Source: Squalus acanthias (Eukaryota). Taken from it: DNA of 64,000 bases. The stretch spans positions 173,788,001 through 173,852,000 of the forward strand of contig CM059425.1 in NCBI GenBank assembly GCA_030390025.1. Direction: 5' to 3'. This document shows, piece after piece, positions 49,677 through 63,592 of this stretch. Numbering within the stretch: the stretch's first letter is position 1; each line of letters opens with the position of its first letter. The notes under the pieces were generated by a model, which made no database searches, was not told where the DNA came from, and saw only the letters and a list, made by a program, of their open reading frames with translations. Made by a program: the position numbers and the translations under genes.

Positions 49677-51110
49677 CCCATTGTGTCTGTGCTGACCGAA
49701 GAAGAGCTATCCAGCCTAATCCCATTTTCCAGCTCTTGGTCTGTAGTCGTGAAGGTAACGGCACTTCAAGTGCATATCCAAGTACTTTTTAAATGCGATG
49801 AGGGTATCTGCCTCTACCACCCTATCAGGCAGTGAGTTCCAGACACCCACCACACTCTGGGTGAAAAACTCAACTTCCCCCCTAATCCTTCTACCATTTA
49901 CTTTAAACCTATGCCCCCTGGTTATTGAACTCTCTGCTAAGGGAAATAGATCCTTCCTATCCACTCTATCTATGCCCCATATAATTTTATTCACCTCAAT
50001 TAAGTCTCCCCTCAGCCTCCTCTGTTCCAAAGAAATCAAACTTAGCCTATGCAAACTTTCCTCATAGCTAAAATTCGCCAGTCCTGGCAACTTCCTCGTA
50101 AATCTCACCTGTACCCTCTCTAGTGCAATCACATCTTTCCTGTAATGTGGTGACCAGAACTGTACGCAGTACTCTAGCTGTGGTGTAACTAGTGTTTTAT
50201 ACAGTTCTAGTATAACCTCCCATCTCTTATATTCTATGCCTCGGCTAATAAAGGAAAGTATCCCGTATGCCTTCTTAACCACCTTATCTACCTGTCCTGC
50301 TACCTTCAGGGATCTGTGGATATGCACTTCAAGGTCCCTCTGTTCCTCTACACTTCTCAGTAGCCTACCTTTTTGGCCCTCCCCAAATGCATTACCTCAC
50401 ACTTCTCCGGATTGAATTCCATTTGCCACTTTTCTGCCCACCTGACCAGTCCATTAATATCTTCCTGCAGTCTATAGCTATCTTCCTCACTATCAACCAC
50501 GCGGCCAATTTTTGTATCATCTGCAAACTTCTTAGTCGTGCCCTCTACATTGAAGTCTAAATCATTGATATATACCACAAAAAGCAAGGGACCTAGTACT
50601 GATCCCTGCTGAACCCCAGTGGAAACCGCCTTCCAGTCACAAAAACACTCGTTGACCATTACCCTTTGCTTCCTGCCACTGAGCCAATTTTGAATCCAAC
50701 TTGCCACTTTTCCTTGGATCGCATGGGCTTTTAGTTTTCTGTCCAGTCTACCATGTGGGACCTTGTCAAAAGCCTTGCTAAAATCCATGTAGACTACATC
50801 GAACGTGCTACCCTCATCGACCCTCCTTGTTACCTTCTCAAAAAATTCAACCAAGTTAGTCAGATACGACCTTCCCTTAACAAATCCATGCTGACTGTCC
50901 TTGATTAATCCGTGCCTTTCTAAATAACGATTAATACTGTCCCTTAGAATTTTTTCCAGTAATTTGCCCACCACCGAGGTTAGGCTGACTGGCCTGTAAT
51001 TACTCAGTCTATCCCTTTCTCCCTTTTTAAAAAGCGGTACAACGTTATCAGCCCTCCAGTCCTCTGGCACCACGCCTATAGCCAGAGAGGATTGGAAAAT
51101 GATGGTCAGA
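49677..51110 (-). mobile_element. CR1 LINE (same subfamily as 7185-8148)
   Basis: RT ORFs 49716-50327 and 50357-51157. Confidence 0.9.
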
Positions 51111-51468
51111 TAGCCAGGATTTGGGAGTACAGGTTCACAAGACACTAAAAACAGCACCTCAAGTGAAAAAGGCCATAAAAAAGCTAAAGGAATATAGGTT
51201 TCAATGCAAGAGTGATAAAATATAAAAGTCGAGATGTAGTTGAATCTACTTAAAACTTAGTAAGACCACAGATGGAGCACTGTGTGCAGTTTTAGACTCC
51301 ACACTATAGAAATGTTTTTGAGTCAATAGAGAGGGTACAGCACAGATTCACTAGGAAGCTGTCTGGTATCAGGAAATACAAATACGAAGAATGACTTGAA
51401 AATTGGGACTGTTTTCATTAGAACAGAAGAGACTAAGGGATGATTTGATAGAGATGTTTGAAAAACTG

Positions 51469-53890
51469 GGGGCGATTTTCCCACTGGAGGCAGGTTGGAG
51501 GCGGGTTTCGGTTTGGGTGGGTTCCAAACCCACCTTCACTGATAGGTTTGAAAAAATTGCAATTTTCCCCTAATTGGCCAGTTGATTTCAGAGGTGTGGG
51601 TTGAAACTCGCCTCTGCTGACGTCACTTTACCAGCCTATTTTAAGGGCTGCTTGCTGCCTTGGATCATACCACTGGATTTCTGTCAATGCTGCACCACCT
51701 GCAACATCTTTTGAGGAACCACTGTGTCCAATTCCAAGGCAAGGGCCTCCCCGAGGTTCTCGGATGAAGCACTGCAAATGTTGGTTGAGGGAGTGAGAGC
51801 TAGCAGGGAGGTGCGCTTCCCCTCATCTGGGAGGAAGAGGCCTCCCAAAGAAACCAAGGCTGTGTGGGTGCAGCTGTCAAGGGATATAACCTCCAGATCT
51901 GTGTGCAGATTGGGTGAATGTTTATGTGTATTGATAAAATGCCATCCATGTTGGAAAGCATTGAAATGATCTGATGGCAAAATGTTGGCGTGATGGCATC
52001 TATTCTTTCGCCTTAGGCAGCTCCACATTGCGGGCTCCACGACACTTGCGTTGTCAGGTTGGTGGCCAGAGTGAAAGGAGGCCAAAGAGTCATGTCCATT
52101 ATCTATGATGTCTTAAGATGGAGCCAAGGACATGTGCCAACATGGGGAACCTATGCAAATCTGGCCAGGATAAGTGCATCCCTTGCATCTCGGGCAGCCA
52201 TGTGCTCGCGTGCTGCTGCTGCTGCTGGTCGATAGACGGCGCTCGGTCCTCTTCCTGCTCCTCATCCTCCTCCTCATCTGAGGAGGCCTGGAACTGAGCC
52301 ACTTGCTCATCAGGAAGCTGCAAGCCATGATGCTGTGCTGTGTTGTGCAGTGCACAGCAGACCACGACCATTCTGGAGACCCTGTATGGTGAATAGTGCA
52401 GGGCTCCACCTGATCGGTCAAGACATCGGAAACGCATCTTCAACAACCCAATAGTTTGCTCGATGATGGACCTGGTCGAAGTGTGGCTGGCGTTGTAGCG
52501 CTCTTCAGCCTCGTTAGCTGGCCTCCTGATCGGCGTCATTAGCCACTTCTTCAGGGGATATCCTTTGTCACCAAGGAGCCATCCGTTAAGTTGGTTTGGC
52601 GGATTGAAAAGCGGAGGAACACTAGAGTGCCGCAGGACAAAAGAGTCATGGCAACTACCACAGAACTTGGCGCAAACATGCAAAAACTCCTTCTTGTGGT
52701 TACACACCAGCTGTAAGTTGAGGGAGTGGAAGCCCTTGCGGTTGACAAAGATAGCTGGGTTGTGATGGGGTGCCCTAAGGGCCACATGTGTGCAGTCTAT
52801 GACGCCCTGCACCATTGGCAAGCCTGCCATATTTGCAAAGCCAACCGAATGCGTGGTTATACTTGCTTGATCCCTTGAGAACTGGATATAATTGTGCGCC
52901 TTTGCGAAAAGGGCATCGGTAACCTGCGTGATGCAACTGTGGGCGGCCGACTGGAAGATGCTGCTGATGTCTGCTGATGAACCCTGGAAGGAGCCTGAGG
53001 CAAAAAAGTTGAGTGCAGTGGTGACTTTGACAGCCACTGGTAAGGGGTGTCCACCCGTTCCTCTGGGCACCAGGTCTTGCTGCAGCAGTCCGCAGATTTC
53101 TTGGACAAGCTCTCGCGAAAGTCTCAGCCTCCTTTGGCACTGCTGCTCACTCATGTTGAGGTAGCTCATCCTCTGTCTGTAAACCCTTTGTTGGGGGTAT
53201 CTCCTGTGGCGAGGTGCCTCGATGCGCTGGCGCCTTCTGTCCTGTGCAGCATCAGGTGGCTGAGCAGGAGGTTGGGGCTCCTGCTGCTGTTGCTCCTGAG
53301 CTGCCTGGTTCTGCTGCTGCCGTGGATGCTCCTCATCCGAATCTGATGTCCATGGTGAAAGGAAATGAATGGTTCCCATGCTGCTTGCAGATGGCTCCGT
53401 TGGGGAAGCGCTCATTCCAAGCGGGGAGAGGGTCTTCCAAGGAGGTCCCACAGTTGATAGATAGAAACTGCAGCACCTCCGACTTAGGAAGGCCTGCTAA
53501 AAGTGCTGAAAGACCTTTTAAAGCAAAGTTCTGCCACCTGCAACTAATCCCTGATGCAAGCTCCGTTTTAATGGTGGAGCTGCAGCTGTGAAGAGGCCAC
53601 CCACTTGTCAACCCGCCAGGTTTAGCTGGCGTGGTTTAGGAGGAGCGTGAAACACGCTAAAAATGTCGAAAAATAACGAGGGCCTCTCAAAATAGGATTA
53701 GAGAGGCCCTTAACGACCATCTTAACAACCTCTCTGGTCTGCTGGAGGCGGGACCGTTTCCCACCCTGCAAAACTGGCACCAGCAAAATCTCGCGGAGGC
53801 GGGTTCCGAACCCGCACTCATTTTTTCCCGATTTTTCCCGCCTTTCTCGCCTCCAAATCCACCTCCTTGGGGCTGAGAAAATTGTCCCCC
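51469..53890 (-). mobile_element. Harbinger retaining the transposase, Myb gene mostly deleted
   Basis: TIRs GGGGCGATTTTC / GAAAATTGTCCCCC, flanks CTG/ATG. Myb exon-1 stub at 51721-51905 (+). Confidence 0.85.
52099..53379 (-). CDS. Harbinger DDE transposase, open through the catalytic core, frameshifted C-terminal tail
   Basis: GVIDCTH, LLGDKGY and [15 protein letters not shown]. The ancestral end [15 protein letters not shown] (stop 52151-52153) lies in another frame. Confidence 0.8.
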   Translation of the reverse strand: MGTIHFLSPWTSDSDEEHPRQQQNQAAQEQQQQEPQPPAQPPDAAQDRRRQRIEAPRHRRYPQQRVYRQRMSYLNMSEQQCQRRLRLSRELVQEICGLLQQDLVPRGTGGHPLPVAVKVTTALNFFASGSFQGSSADISSIFQSAAHSCITQVTDALFAKAHNYIQFSRDQASITTHSVGFANMAGLPMVQGVIDCTHVALRAPHHNPAIFVNRKGFHSLNLQLVCNHKKEFLHVCAKFCGSCHDSFVLRHSSVPPLFNPPNQLNGWLLGDKGYPLKKWLMTPIRRPANEAEERYNASHTSTRSIIEQTIGLLKMRFRCLDRSGGALHYSPYRVSRMVVVCCALHNTAQHHGLQLPDEQVAQFQASSDEEEDEEQEEDRAPSIDQQQQQHASTWLPEMQGMHLSWPDLHRFPMLAHVLGSILRHHR

Positions 53891-56800
53891 ATGAATGGAA
53901 GGGACAGAGTAGATAAAAACAGACTGTTTCCAGTGATTGTGTGGTCTAAATGAGGGGACATAGATATGATTAAATGTAAAAGATTTAGGACAGAGAGCAG
54001 GGGAAATCTTTTTACACAGAGGGTTGTGGGACTGTGGAATGCACTACCAGAGTTAATGATTGAAGCAGAGACCACGTCAATATTTAAGAAAAGGTTAGAT
54101 AGGTGATTGAAGGAAAGGGAAACAGGGTAGGCACATGGAATTCGGACTACTGCTCATGTGGAGAATAAATACCAATACAGACTGGTTGAGCCAAATGGTC
54201 TGTTGCTGTGTTCTAATTTCTCTGTAATTCTATGTGACTATTCTTCTTTGTATGGGCAATTTTAGTTACATGCAATTTTTAAAATTGTGAATGGCAATAT
54301 GTAACAGGTGTCACTTGTACATTCAGAAACAATATAAAACCTTATATAACTGGTATTCTCTAATTAGCTTTTCTGTGGCCTATATTTAAAGGTGGTGTAT
54401 GCCATAATTAAAAGCACTGAAATTTTGATTATTTAATTCCAAACTCCAACTCAAAAAACTGTTCTTTTGAAAAAACTTGCAGTCATTCTTTAATATTAAA
54501 TTAATGACCTACTATTGTCAGCACCACCATTTTGCAATCTAAACTCTAAACAGCTAGGCTATCTCAACAAATATTTCATGCAACAACATAATTGCAATAT
54601 GTATAAAGTTGAATAGAGCCATCTACTGGCTAGAGATGGGATTGATATAAAAAGGGAGTAAAATTCTGCTTCCATACACAACGAGGGCAGAAATTGAGGA
54701 GCAAACAGGCCTTGCATCAAAAACACACTTCCCAGCGTTTCCTACCCCAACAGCACAGGGGTGCAGGAGTTGCATTCTGCTCTATGGCACAAGCCTCATT
54801 AATCCTCCAAAATGTAGTTAAATTAAGGCAAGCCATCCCTGCCCTGCAAATTCCAGTGGTTTGTGCCAGGAATACAAGGTCAGTATGCAAAAAAAACCAG
54901 ATGTGCAGCTCCTCTCAGTAGGTGCAGAGGAACTGCAAGCCTCTTCCTGCATCTCTTAAAGTTGTATTGTACTCTGACTTAATTTTAGTTTTTTAGTTAC
55001 TTTTAGAGCATTGATGTTCGCTCTATTTTAATTTTTAATTGAATCCAAGTCATTGATATAAATTTAGAACCATCTGCCTGTGGCTGAAACAGGTGGCACA
55101 GACCCACCATTACCTAGGCAGGCTAGTCAATAGATCCCATCAGACCTCCTTGGATACATCACAAGAGACTTGACAAGCAAGGCCATTCTCCAGGTTAGTT
55201 TTTAACCCTTAAGGTTGCATCGGTTGTTCCAGCAGAAAAGTGGTCTTGAGAGGTTGAAAGAGCACAGTGATACACATCTGCACAACCTGCATGCCAACCT
55301 AGGTGCTGGTAAGTGCATATGCATTATACAGCTAGGTTGATTTAAAATAAGCTTTGGCCTTGAAAGATACGAGTGTGGCAAGGTTTAAAATTCTAAATTG
55401 CATTTTTAACGTATGCGCTCCTGAAGTATGACAGCCTGAAATGCTAAGAATCAGCTGTAAGGTTGCGTCAGGGCTTGACATTAGTGAGGAGTACATGGGA
55501 ACAGGCAACACTTTGTGGAAAGCAGCCTTTGAGCCATCCACGAGATACATGGTACCATTCCTTGTTAGATTCCTTTAAGTGTGCTGTCTTCTGCATCTGT
55601 TGCCAGGTTCCGTGGGTAGCATCAACAATATTAAGTCTACTTACCATCTGCTACCAGGAATGGTACCTGGTGTCCTCTGAGAAAGATGCCCTTCAGTGCC
55701 AAATTTGGTAATCGTCCTCACAGAAAAATATTAGCCATCGCTCAAACAGGGAGTTGGGTACTGTGCCACTCCTTCACTTGTTCACAGAATCTGTTTTGTG
55801 CCTCTACATTGGGTTTCTTTTCATGGCCTTTACGTCTGACACTCATCTCTCTCCCCCAGCCTTAGCCAAAGCTGACAAATATTTGAAATTGATTTTAAAG
55901 TTTGAGAGAGGCTGAAATAAATATTTGTCCCCAGATCAAGGCACTTACTTTTAAATGTGCACGTCCCTTTAATTTGCATCTGCCGGCCAGTAATTCTAAT
56001 TACTCCATTGGGATTGCTCCCTGCACAAAAGCAAAACTGTATTAGCCATTATGCATAATTATTCAAATAAGCCTGAGAGGAAATTTCAGAGCCATCACTG
56101 CACTGCTTCACAAGCAGTATCTGCACCAGCAACGTGACCTCAATTATGCCATAGTGGAATATCAGCCCCTTAAAGCCCTGATTTTATCTTGAGGCGGTAG
56201 GCAGGGTTGAGGTGGTTGGCAAAACATCCCGACCTGTGAGGCGCAGGAGATTTTAGGAATGGACAATAAATAGTGGCTTCTCTAATGATGCCTATATCCC
56301 GAGAATGAAATAAACTCCCAGGCCTCATCTGCAGTCAGTCTCCTGCCCAAAATTAGCAGGAATCGACAGCAGCCCAGCAGGTGTGAGTGGAATGTCAGGA
56401 GGAGGATGCCACCGGAGACTGCTCCTTCCATCCCAGCACTCTGATATGTGGGAGCGCGGTGATTCGGGAGAGCGTCGCAATCAGGGGAGGGGTGGAAGCA
56501 CTGGGCAGGGAAGGCCTAAACTTTTCCTCTGGGGCCTGGAGGAACACGCCCGCCCCTCCTGGCCTCACAAGGGAAGTCAAAAAAGGAAAGAAGAAGTACA
56601 GTTATTGACTTCTAGTGGCCCCGCTTTATCAACTTGTCCTGCCACCTTCAAAGATTTGTGTACATACACCCTCAGGTCTCTCTGTTCCTGCACCCCCTTT
56701 AAAATTGTACATGTACCAAGTAGTTTATATTGCCCTTCCTCATTCTTCCTTCCAAAATGCATGACTTCACACTTCTCTGCATTACATTTCACCTGTCATG

Positions 56801-56944
56801 TGTCTGCCTATTTCACCAGTTTGTCTTTGTCCTCCTGAAGTCTGCTACTATCCTCTTCATTGTTTACTACATTTCCAAGATTTGTGTCATCTGTAAACTT
56901 TTAAATTCTGCCCCCATACCCAAGTCCAGGTCATTAATATATAT

Positions 56945-57566
56945 ATTTTTTTATTCGTTCATGGGATCTGGGTGTCGCTGGCAATGCCAGCATTTATTGC
57001 CCATCCCTAATTGCCCTTGAGAAGGTGGTGGTGAGCCGTCTTCTTAAACCGCTGCAGTCCACGTGGCGCAGGTACTATCACAGTGCTGTTAGGGAGGGAG
57101 TTCCAGGATTTTGACCCAGTGACAATGAAGGAACAGCGATATATTTCCAAGTCAGGATGGTGTGTAACTTGGAGGGGAACTTGCAGGTGATGGTCTTCCC
57201 ATGCGCCTGCTGCCCTTTTCCATCTAGGTGGTAGAGGTCGTGGGTTTGGGAGGTGCTGTCGAAGAAGCCTTGGCGAGTTGCTGCAGTGCATCCTCGGTGC
57301 ACTGGTGGTGGAGGGAATAAATGTTTAAGGTGGTGGATGGGATGCCGATCAAGCGGGCTGCTTTGTCCTTGATGGAGCTTCTTGAGTGTTGTTGGAGCTG
57401 CACTCATCCAGGCAAGTGGAAAGTATTCCATCACACTCCTGACTTGTGCCTTGTAGATGGTGGAAAGGCTTTGGGGAGTCAGGAGGTGAGACACTCACCA
57501 CAGAATACCCAGCCTCTGACCTGCTCTTATAGCCACAGTATTTATGTGGCTTGTCAAGTTTCTGGT
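56945..57566 (-). mobile_element. 3' fragment of the 34965-type LINE family
   Basis: Homologous to 34965-35365. Confidence 0.75.
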
Positions 57567-57569
57567 GGA

Positions 57570-60123
57570 AACATAGAAAAATAGGAGCAGGAGTAGGCCG
57601 TTCGGCCCTTCGAGCCTTCTCCGCCATTCAATATGATCATGGCTGATCCTTTATCTCAATATCATATGACCACTCTCTCCCCATTCCCCTTGATGCCTTT
57701 TGTTTCTAGAAATCTATCTACTTCTTAAATATATTCAGTGACTTGGCCTCCACAGCCTTCTGTGGTAGAGAATTCCACAGGTTCACCACCCTGAGTGAAG
57801 AAATTTCTCCTCATCTCAGTCCTAAATGTCCTACCCCGTATCCTGAGACTGTGACCCCCTCGTTCTAGACCCCCCAGCCAGGGAAAACATCCTCCCTGCA
57901 TCGAGTCTGTCTAGCCCTGTCAGAATTTTATACGTTTCAATGAGATCCCCTCTCATTCTTCTAAACTCTAGTGAATACAGGCCTAGTCGACCCAATCTCT
58001 CCTCATACGACAGTCCTGCCATCCCAGGAATCAGTCTGGTGAACCTTTGCTGCACTCCCTCTATGGCAAGTATATCCTTTCTTAGGTAAGGAGACCAAAA
58101 CTGCACACAGTACTCCAGGTGTGGTCTCACCAAGGCCCTGTATAACTGTAGTAAGACATCCTTGCTCCTGTACTCAAATCCTCTTGCAATGAAGACCAAC
58201 ATACCATTTGCCTTCCTAACTGCTTGCTGCACCTGCATGTTTGCTTTCAGTGACTGGTGCACAAGGACACCCAGGTCCCTTTGTACATCAACATTTCCCA
58301 ATCTATCACCAGTTAAATAATACTCTACCTTTCTGTTTTTCCTACCGAAGTGGATAACTTCACATTTATCCACGTTATACTGCATCTGCCATGTATTTGC
58401 CCACTCACTCAACTTGTCTAAATCGCCTTGAAGCCTCTTTGCATCCTCCTCACAACTTACAATCCCACCTAGTTTCATGTTATCAGCAAACTTGGAAATA
58501 TTACATTTGGTTCCCTCATCCAAATCATTGATATATATTGTGAATAGCTGGGGCCCAAGCACTGATCCCTGCGGTACCCCACTAGTCACCGCCTGCCACC
58601 CCAAAAAAGACCCATTTATTCCTACTGTCTGTTTCCTGTCTGTTAAGCAATTTTCAATCCATGCCAGTATATTACCCCCAATCCCATGTGCTTTAATTTT
58701 GCACACTAACCTCTTATGTGGGACTTTATCAAAGGCCTTCTGAAAATCCAAATACACCACATCCACTGGTTCTCCCTTATCTATTCTACCAGTTACATCC
58801 TCAAAAAACTCCAGTAGGTTTGTCAAACACGATTTCCCTTTCATAAATCCATGTTGACTTTGTCTAATCCCGTTATTATTTTCTAAGTGTCCTGTTATCA
58901 CATCCTTTATAATAGATTCTAACATTTTCCCTATGACTGATGTTAGGCTAACCGGTCTGTAGTTCCCTGTTTTCTCTCTCCCTCCTTTTTTAAATAGTGG
59001 GGTTACATTTGCCACCCTCCAATCTGCAGGAACTGTTCCATAATCTATAGAATTTTGGAAGATGACGACCAATGCATCCACTATTTCCATGGCTACCTCT
59101 TTTAGTACTCTGGGATGCAGATTATCAGGCCCTGGGGATTTATCAGCTTTCAGTCCCATTAATTTCTCCAGCACTATTTTTTTTACTAATAATAATTTCC
59201 TTTAATTCTTCCTTCTCACTAGACCCTTGGTTCCCTAGCATTTCTGGGAAGTTATTTGTGTCCTCCTCCGTGAAGTCTGAACCAAAGTATTTGTTTAATT
59301 GCTCTGCCATTTCCTTGTTCCCCATTATAAATTCTCCCGTTTCTGACTGTAAGGGACCTACATTTGTCTTCACTAATCTTTTTCTTTTTACATACTTGTA
59401 GAAGCTTTTACAATCGCTTTTATGTTCCTTGCAAGTTTGCTCTCTTACTCTATTTTTCCCCTCTTAATCAATCTTTTGGTCCTTTTTTGCTGAACTCTAA
59501 ACTGCTCCCAATCCTCAGGCTTGCTACTTTTTCTGGCAACTTTATATGACTCCTCTTTGGATCTAATGCTATCCTTAATTTCTTTTGTTAGCCATGGTTG
59601 GGCTGCTTTTCCTTTTGTGTTTTTGCGCCAGTGAGGAATGTATAACTGTTGCAATTCATGCATTCGTTCCTTAAATGTTAGCCATTGCCTATCCACCGTC
59701 ATGCCTTTTAATGAAGCTCCCCAATCTATCATAGCCAACTCACTCCTCATACCATCTTAGTTTCCTTTGTTTAGATTTAGGATCCTAGTTTCGGATTGGA
59801 CTTCTTCACTTTCCATCTTAATGAAGAATTCTATCATGTTATGGTCACTCTTCCCTAAAGGACCCCGCACAACAAGATTATTAATTAACCCTTTCTCATT
59901 GCACAATACCCAATCTAGGATAGCCTGTACCCTAGTTGGCTCCTCAACGTACTGGTCTAAAAAACCATCTCTTACACACTCCAGGAATTCATCCTCCACA
60001 GTATTATTGCTAATTTGGTTTGGCCAGTCTATATGTAGATTAAAGTCACCCATGATTACTGTAGCACCCTTGTTACATGCATCTCTAATTTCCTGTTTGA
60101 TGCCATACCCTACATTACCACTA
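57570..60123 (-). mobile_element. CR1 LINE, 5'-truncated, young
   Basis: 447-aa RT ORF at 57831-59174, very similar to 41400-42926. Confidence 0.92.
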
Positions 60124-60339
60124 CAAGGATCCCTCGCCAACCGCGGGGGATACGTCCCTGAAAACCCCCGTGGTTGGTAAAACCGCGGTTGGCAAATACT
60201 AGACCCTATGGGAAAAATGGGGTATGGGGGAACGAGGCCGCATTTAAACTCTTCAGAGCCTGTGTAAGTTGCTTGTTCTTTTATTAAACACAAATAAAAT
60301 ACACAATAACGTAACAAAAACAATAAATGTTGCTTACAA

Positions 60340-60625
60340 AAAGAAAATAAGAAAATACTGCAGATGCTGGAAATCTGAAATAAAAACAGAAAATGCTAGA
60401 GACACTCAGCAGGTCAGGCAGCATCTGTAGAGAGAGAAACAGAGTTAATGTTTCAGGTCGATGACCTTTCGTCAGAACTGGAAAAAGCAGGAAATGGAAC
60501 AGATTTTAAAGCAAGTTTAGGGGCTGGGAAATGGGGGAGGGGATGAAAGAACAAAAGGGAAGGTCTGTGATAGGATAAAAGGCAGGAGAATTAACGAGAC
60601 ATTAAGAGATATTCAAGGCAAAAGG
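60340..60625 (-). mobile_element. Penelope-like tail nested in the Tigger, hammerhead motif at 60443-60479
   Basis: Reverse complement reads AGTT-CTGACGA-AAGGTCATCGACCT-GAAACATT-AACT. Confidence 0.65.
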
Positions 60626-60750
60626 TATCATCTCTGCGGCAATTTTTGCCAACCGCGGCAGTGATTTTCGCGTATATGCGGTTTGCCAAGCACGAGACCG
60701 CATTCATCAGCATAATAGCAACCACGTGTGTGAACGTTCAGCCATTAATC

Positions 60751-62380
60751 ATGGCGTCTAAGCGTAATCTCAGTGGTAAAGGCGAATCAATAGCGAAAAG
60801 GGCAAGGAACGTACTAACCTTAGATAGGAAATTAGATGTCGTTAATAGACTTGCCCGTGGTGAAAGTACAGTGTCGGTTGGACAACTAATGGGGGTTAAC
60901 GAGTCCACCATTAGAACCATAAAAAAAAGTGAGGTGTCGATAAGGGCTAATATTGCGGGTGGATCTTCAAAAAGTGCTAAAGTGTCGTTTATGCCACGGG
61001 ACCATAAGCTTGAAAAAATGGAGAAGGCACTTAATATCTGGTTGGAAGACCAGAACCAGAAACAAGCGAATGTTAATTCCGCATGGGTACGTAAGAAGGC
61101 CCTTAGCATCTACAAGCATCTTACTGCGGCTGCCGGGGAAAGTGTAGATGACAAAGTTTCAAGCGAGTAAGGGCTGGTTGGAAAATTTTAAGAGGTTCGC
61201 CTTGACTAACCTCAAGGTTGTGGGGGAACCGGCCTCAGCCGATCACGAGGCCGCTGCCAAGTTCCCGGAGGAGCTGAAGAAGTTGATCGCCGAGAAGGGT
61301 TACCTGCCGGAGCAGGTATTTAATGCGGATGAGGCTGGTCTCTTCTGGAAGCGGATGCCTTCCCGAACTTTCATCGCAAAGGCTGAGAAGCATGCTTCGG
61401 GATTCAAGGTGGCTAAGGATAGGGTGACCCTTCTCCTTTGTGCTAACGCCGAGGGAGACTGTTTAGTGAAGTTGATGCTGCTCTACCGCTCTTAATCCCT
61501 GTGCTCTGAAGGGCAAAAACAAAAATTATCTACCTGTCTTTTGGCGTTCTAACCACAAGGCGTGGGTTACTGCTACAGTCTTCATGGACTGGTTTCATAA
61601 CTGTTTTGTGCATGACGTGGAGCGGTACCTTGCGAGAGAAAATCTGGCCTTCAAGGTCCTACTCATCCTCGACAATGCCCCCGGCCACCCGCCGGCACTC
61701 CAATTCGCCCACCCTAATATCGAAGTCATCTTCCTGCCTCCCAACACGACATCACTCCTTCAACCTTCAAGGCATACTACATACGACGCAGCTTTGACCG
61801 CATGATGGAGGCTATGGAGGATGACGCAACACTGACGGTGAAAACTTGTTGGAAGGATTACACCATCGCTGACTGCATCACCAACATAAAAGAATCGATG
61901 GATGAACTGAAGAGGATTACAATCAACGCCTGCTGGGGTAAACGTTGGAAGGAGGCAGTGAATGACTTCCGAGGCTTCCCTACAGTTGACGATGAAGTTG
62001 ATCGCATTGTGAAGGTTGCGCGACGTTTGGGAGGCGAGGGGCTGGCCGACATAGAGCCTGATGACATCGAGGAGCTCCTTGAGTTGCACGGCGAGGAGTT
62101 GACGGAGGAGGACCTTGATGAGCTGATACAGCATTCTAGTGAGGCAGAGGATGAGGACGAAGATGAGGATACGGTGGAGAAGTCTAAGATGACAAGTGCC
62201 AACCTTAGCAAGGCAATGCTCCTTGCTACTAATCTCTCTGACCTCTTTATGGAGATTGACCCATTCTTGGAGCGTAGTTTAAACTTCAAGCCGAGGTTTG
62301 GAGGATTTAATGAGACCATACAAGCAGGTCCAGAAAGATATTCAGAAAAAAATGAGTCAACCATCCATCGCAGAATTTTT
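60751..62380 (+). pseudogene. Tigger/CENP-B-type transposase pseudogene
   Basis: HTH region, FQASKGWLENFK, VFNADEAGLFWK and LILDNAPGH. Several frameshifts and a deletion after LLQP. Confidence 0.9.
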
Positions 62381-62778
62381 TTATTGTGTTACAGTATTTG
62401 AACGTTATTGTGTATTGTGTATTTTATTTGTGTTTAATAAAAGAACAAGCAACTTACACAGTCTCTGAAGAGTTTAAATGCGGCCTCGTTCCCCCTAACC
62501 CCATTTTTCCCATAGGGTCTTGTATTTGCCAACCGCGGTTTTACCAACCACGGGGGTTTTCAGGGACGTATCCCTCGCGGTTGGGGAGGGATCCCTGTAC
62601 TGGTAAAGGAGTGCTTGAATAGCTTTACGTTGATCTGAATCACAAAAGCAAAGCTGATTATTATAAAAATTATGGATTGCACTTGTCATCAGGCACTTGT
62701 CATTAGTTGATAGAAGTTCTAGCTGTACTTGAAGGGATGAAATGCTTGTCCAGGTTTCATTTGCACACAAATCACCAA

Positions 62779-63592
62779 GGCCGCGATTTTCCCTACCTCA
62801 GCGGGTCCAAGGCAGGCGACGTCAGTGGCGGGTCTCGGCCCTGCTGGTGGCTCCATCCCGGTCTCCGACATGACTTTCCCCTGATTGGGCTTGTTAAGCC
62901 CGCACAGCGAGTTTCCTGGCCAATTGAAGGAAGCGGGTCTGATGATGTAATTTATGACGCGACATCAGCCAGTTTCCTTAAAGGGACAATGTCCAAATTT
63001 ACTTTGATATTTGTGCTGTCAGTGTTCTATAGCATTGAGGTGCTGCAAACACTGACAAGCACTGCACAGAGGGGCACGGCTGCGCCCAGGCTCTCCCCTA
63101 ACTCCCTCCATATGCTTATGGAGGGAGTCACAACACGCAGAGAGGTTCTCTTCCCTTCCAATGGGTGGAAGAGACCTCCCCAGGACACCAACGCAGCCTG
63201 GTTGCACATTGCACGGGAGGGCACAAGCAGGGATGTCGTCAGGACGACCAGGCTGCAGTGGCGCTAACCTTTCAATTATATCAGTAGATCACGAAACGTT
63301 GCTGCAAAGCCACACTAAACCTTACCCTGCTGTGCCACTCATCACATCCCCATCACTCCTGCCTTCCCTACTCTACTTCTGCACATCCTTACTCACACCA
63401 ATTTACCTTGCACCCCCACCCATCCCTCTCTATCTACATTATCACTTCCCCATCTCACTAGCCACTCCTCACACTCACCCTCATCCTAGTCCAATCATAC
63501 CAACTAACAACACACAAGGGTAGGCATGTCTGTGTTTTAGCCAATGTTCATGTGAAGTTTCTGTTAATGTGCTGTCAAACATTGAAATCTTT
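62779..63592 (+). mobile_element. Harbinger derivative 5' part with Myb exon-1 remnant
   Basis: RGTAAPRLS..RREVLFPSNGWKRPP..AAWLHIA. Confidence 0.65.

Larger units (their letters stand above)
51160..54235 (+). mobile_element. Old CR1 3' fragment split by a Harbinger
   Basis: GTAAGACCACAGATGGAGCACTGTGTGCAG before the insertion, then FTQRVVGLWNALP and the tail after 53890. Confidence 0.7.
60124..62597 (+). mobile_element. pogo/Tigger DNA transposon
   Basis: TA TSD and long (~185-200 bp) terminal inverted repeats starting CAAGGATCCCTC. Confidence 0.92.
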
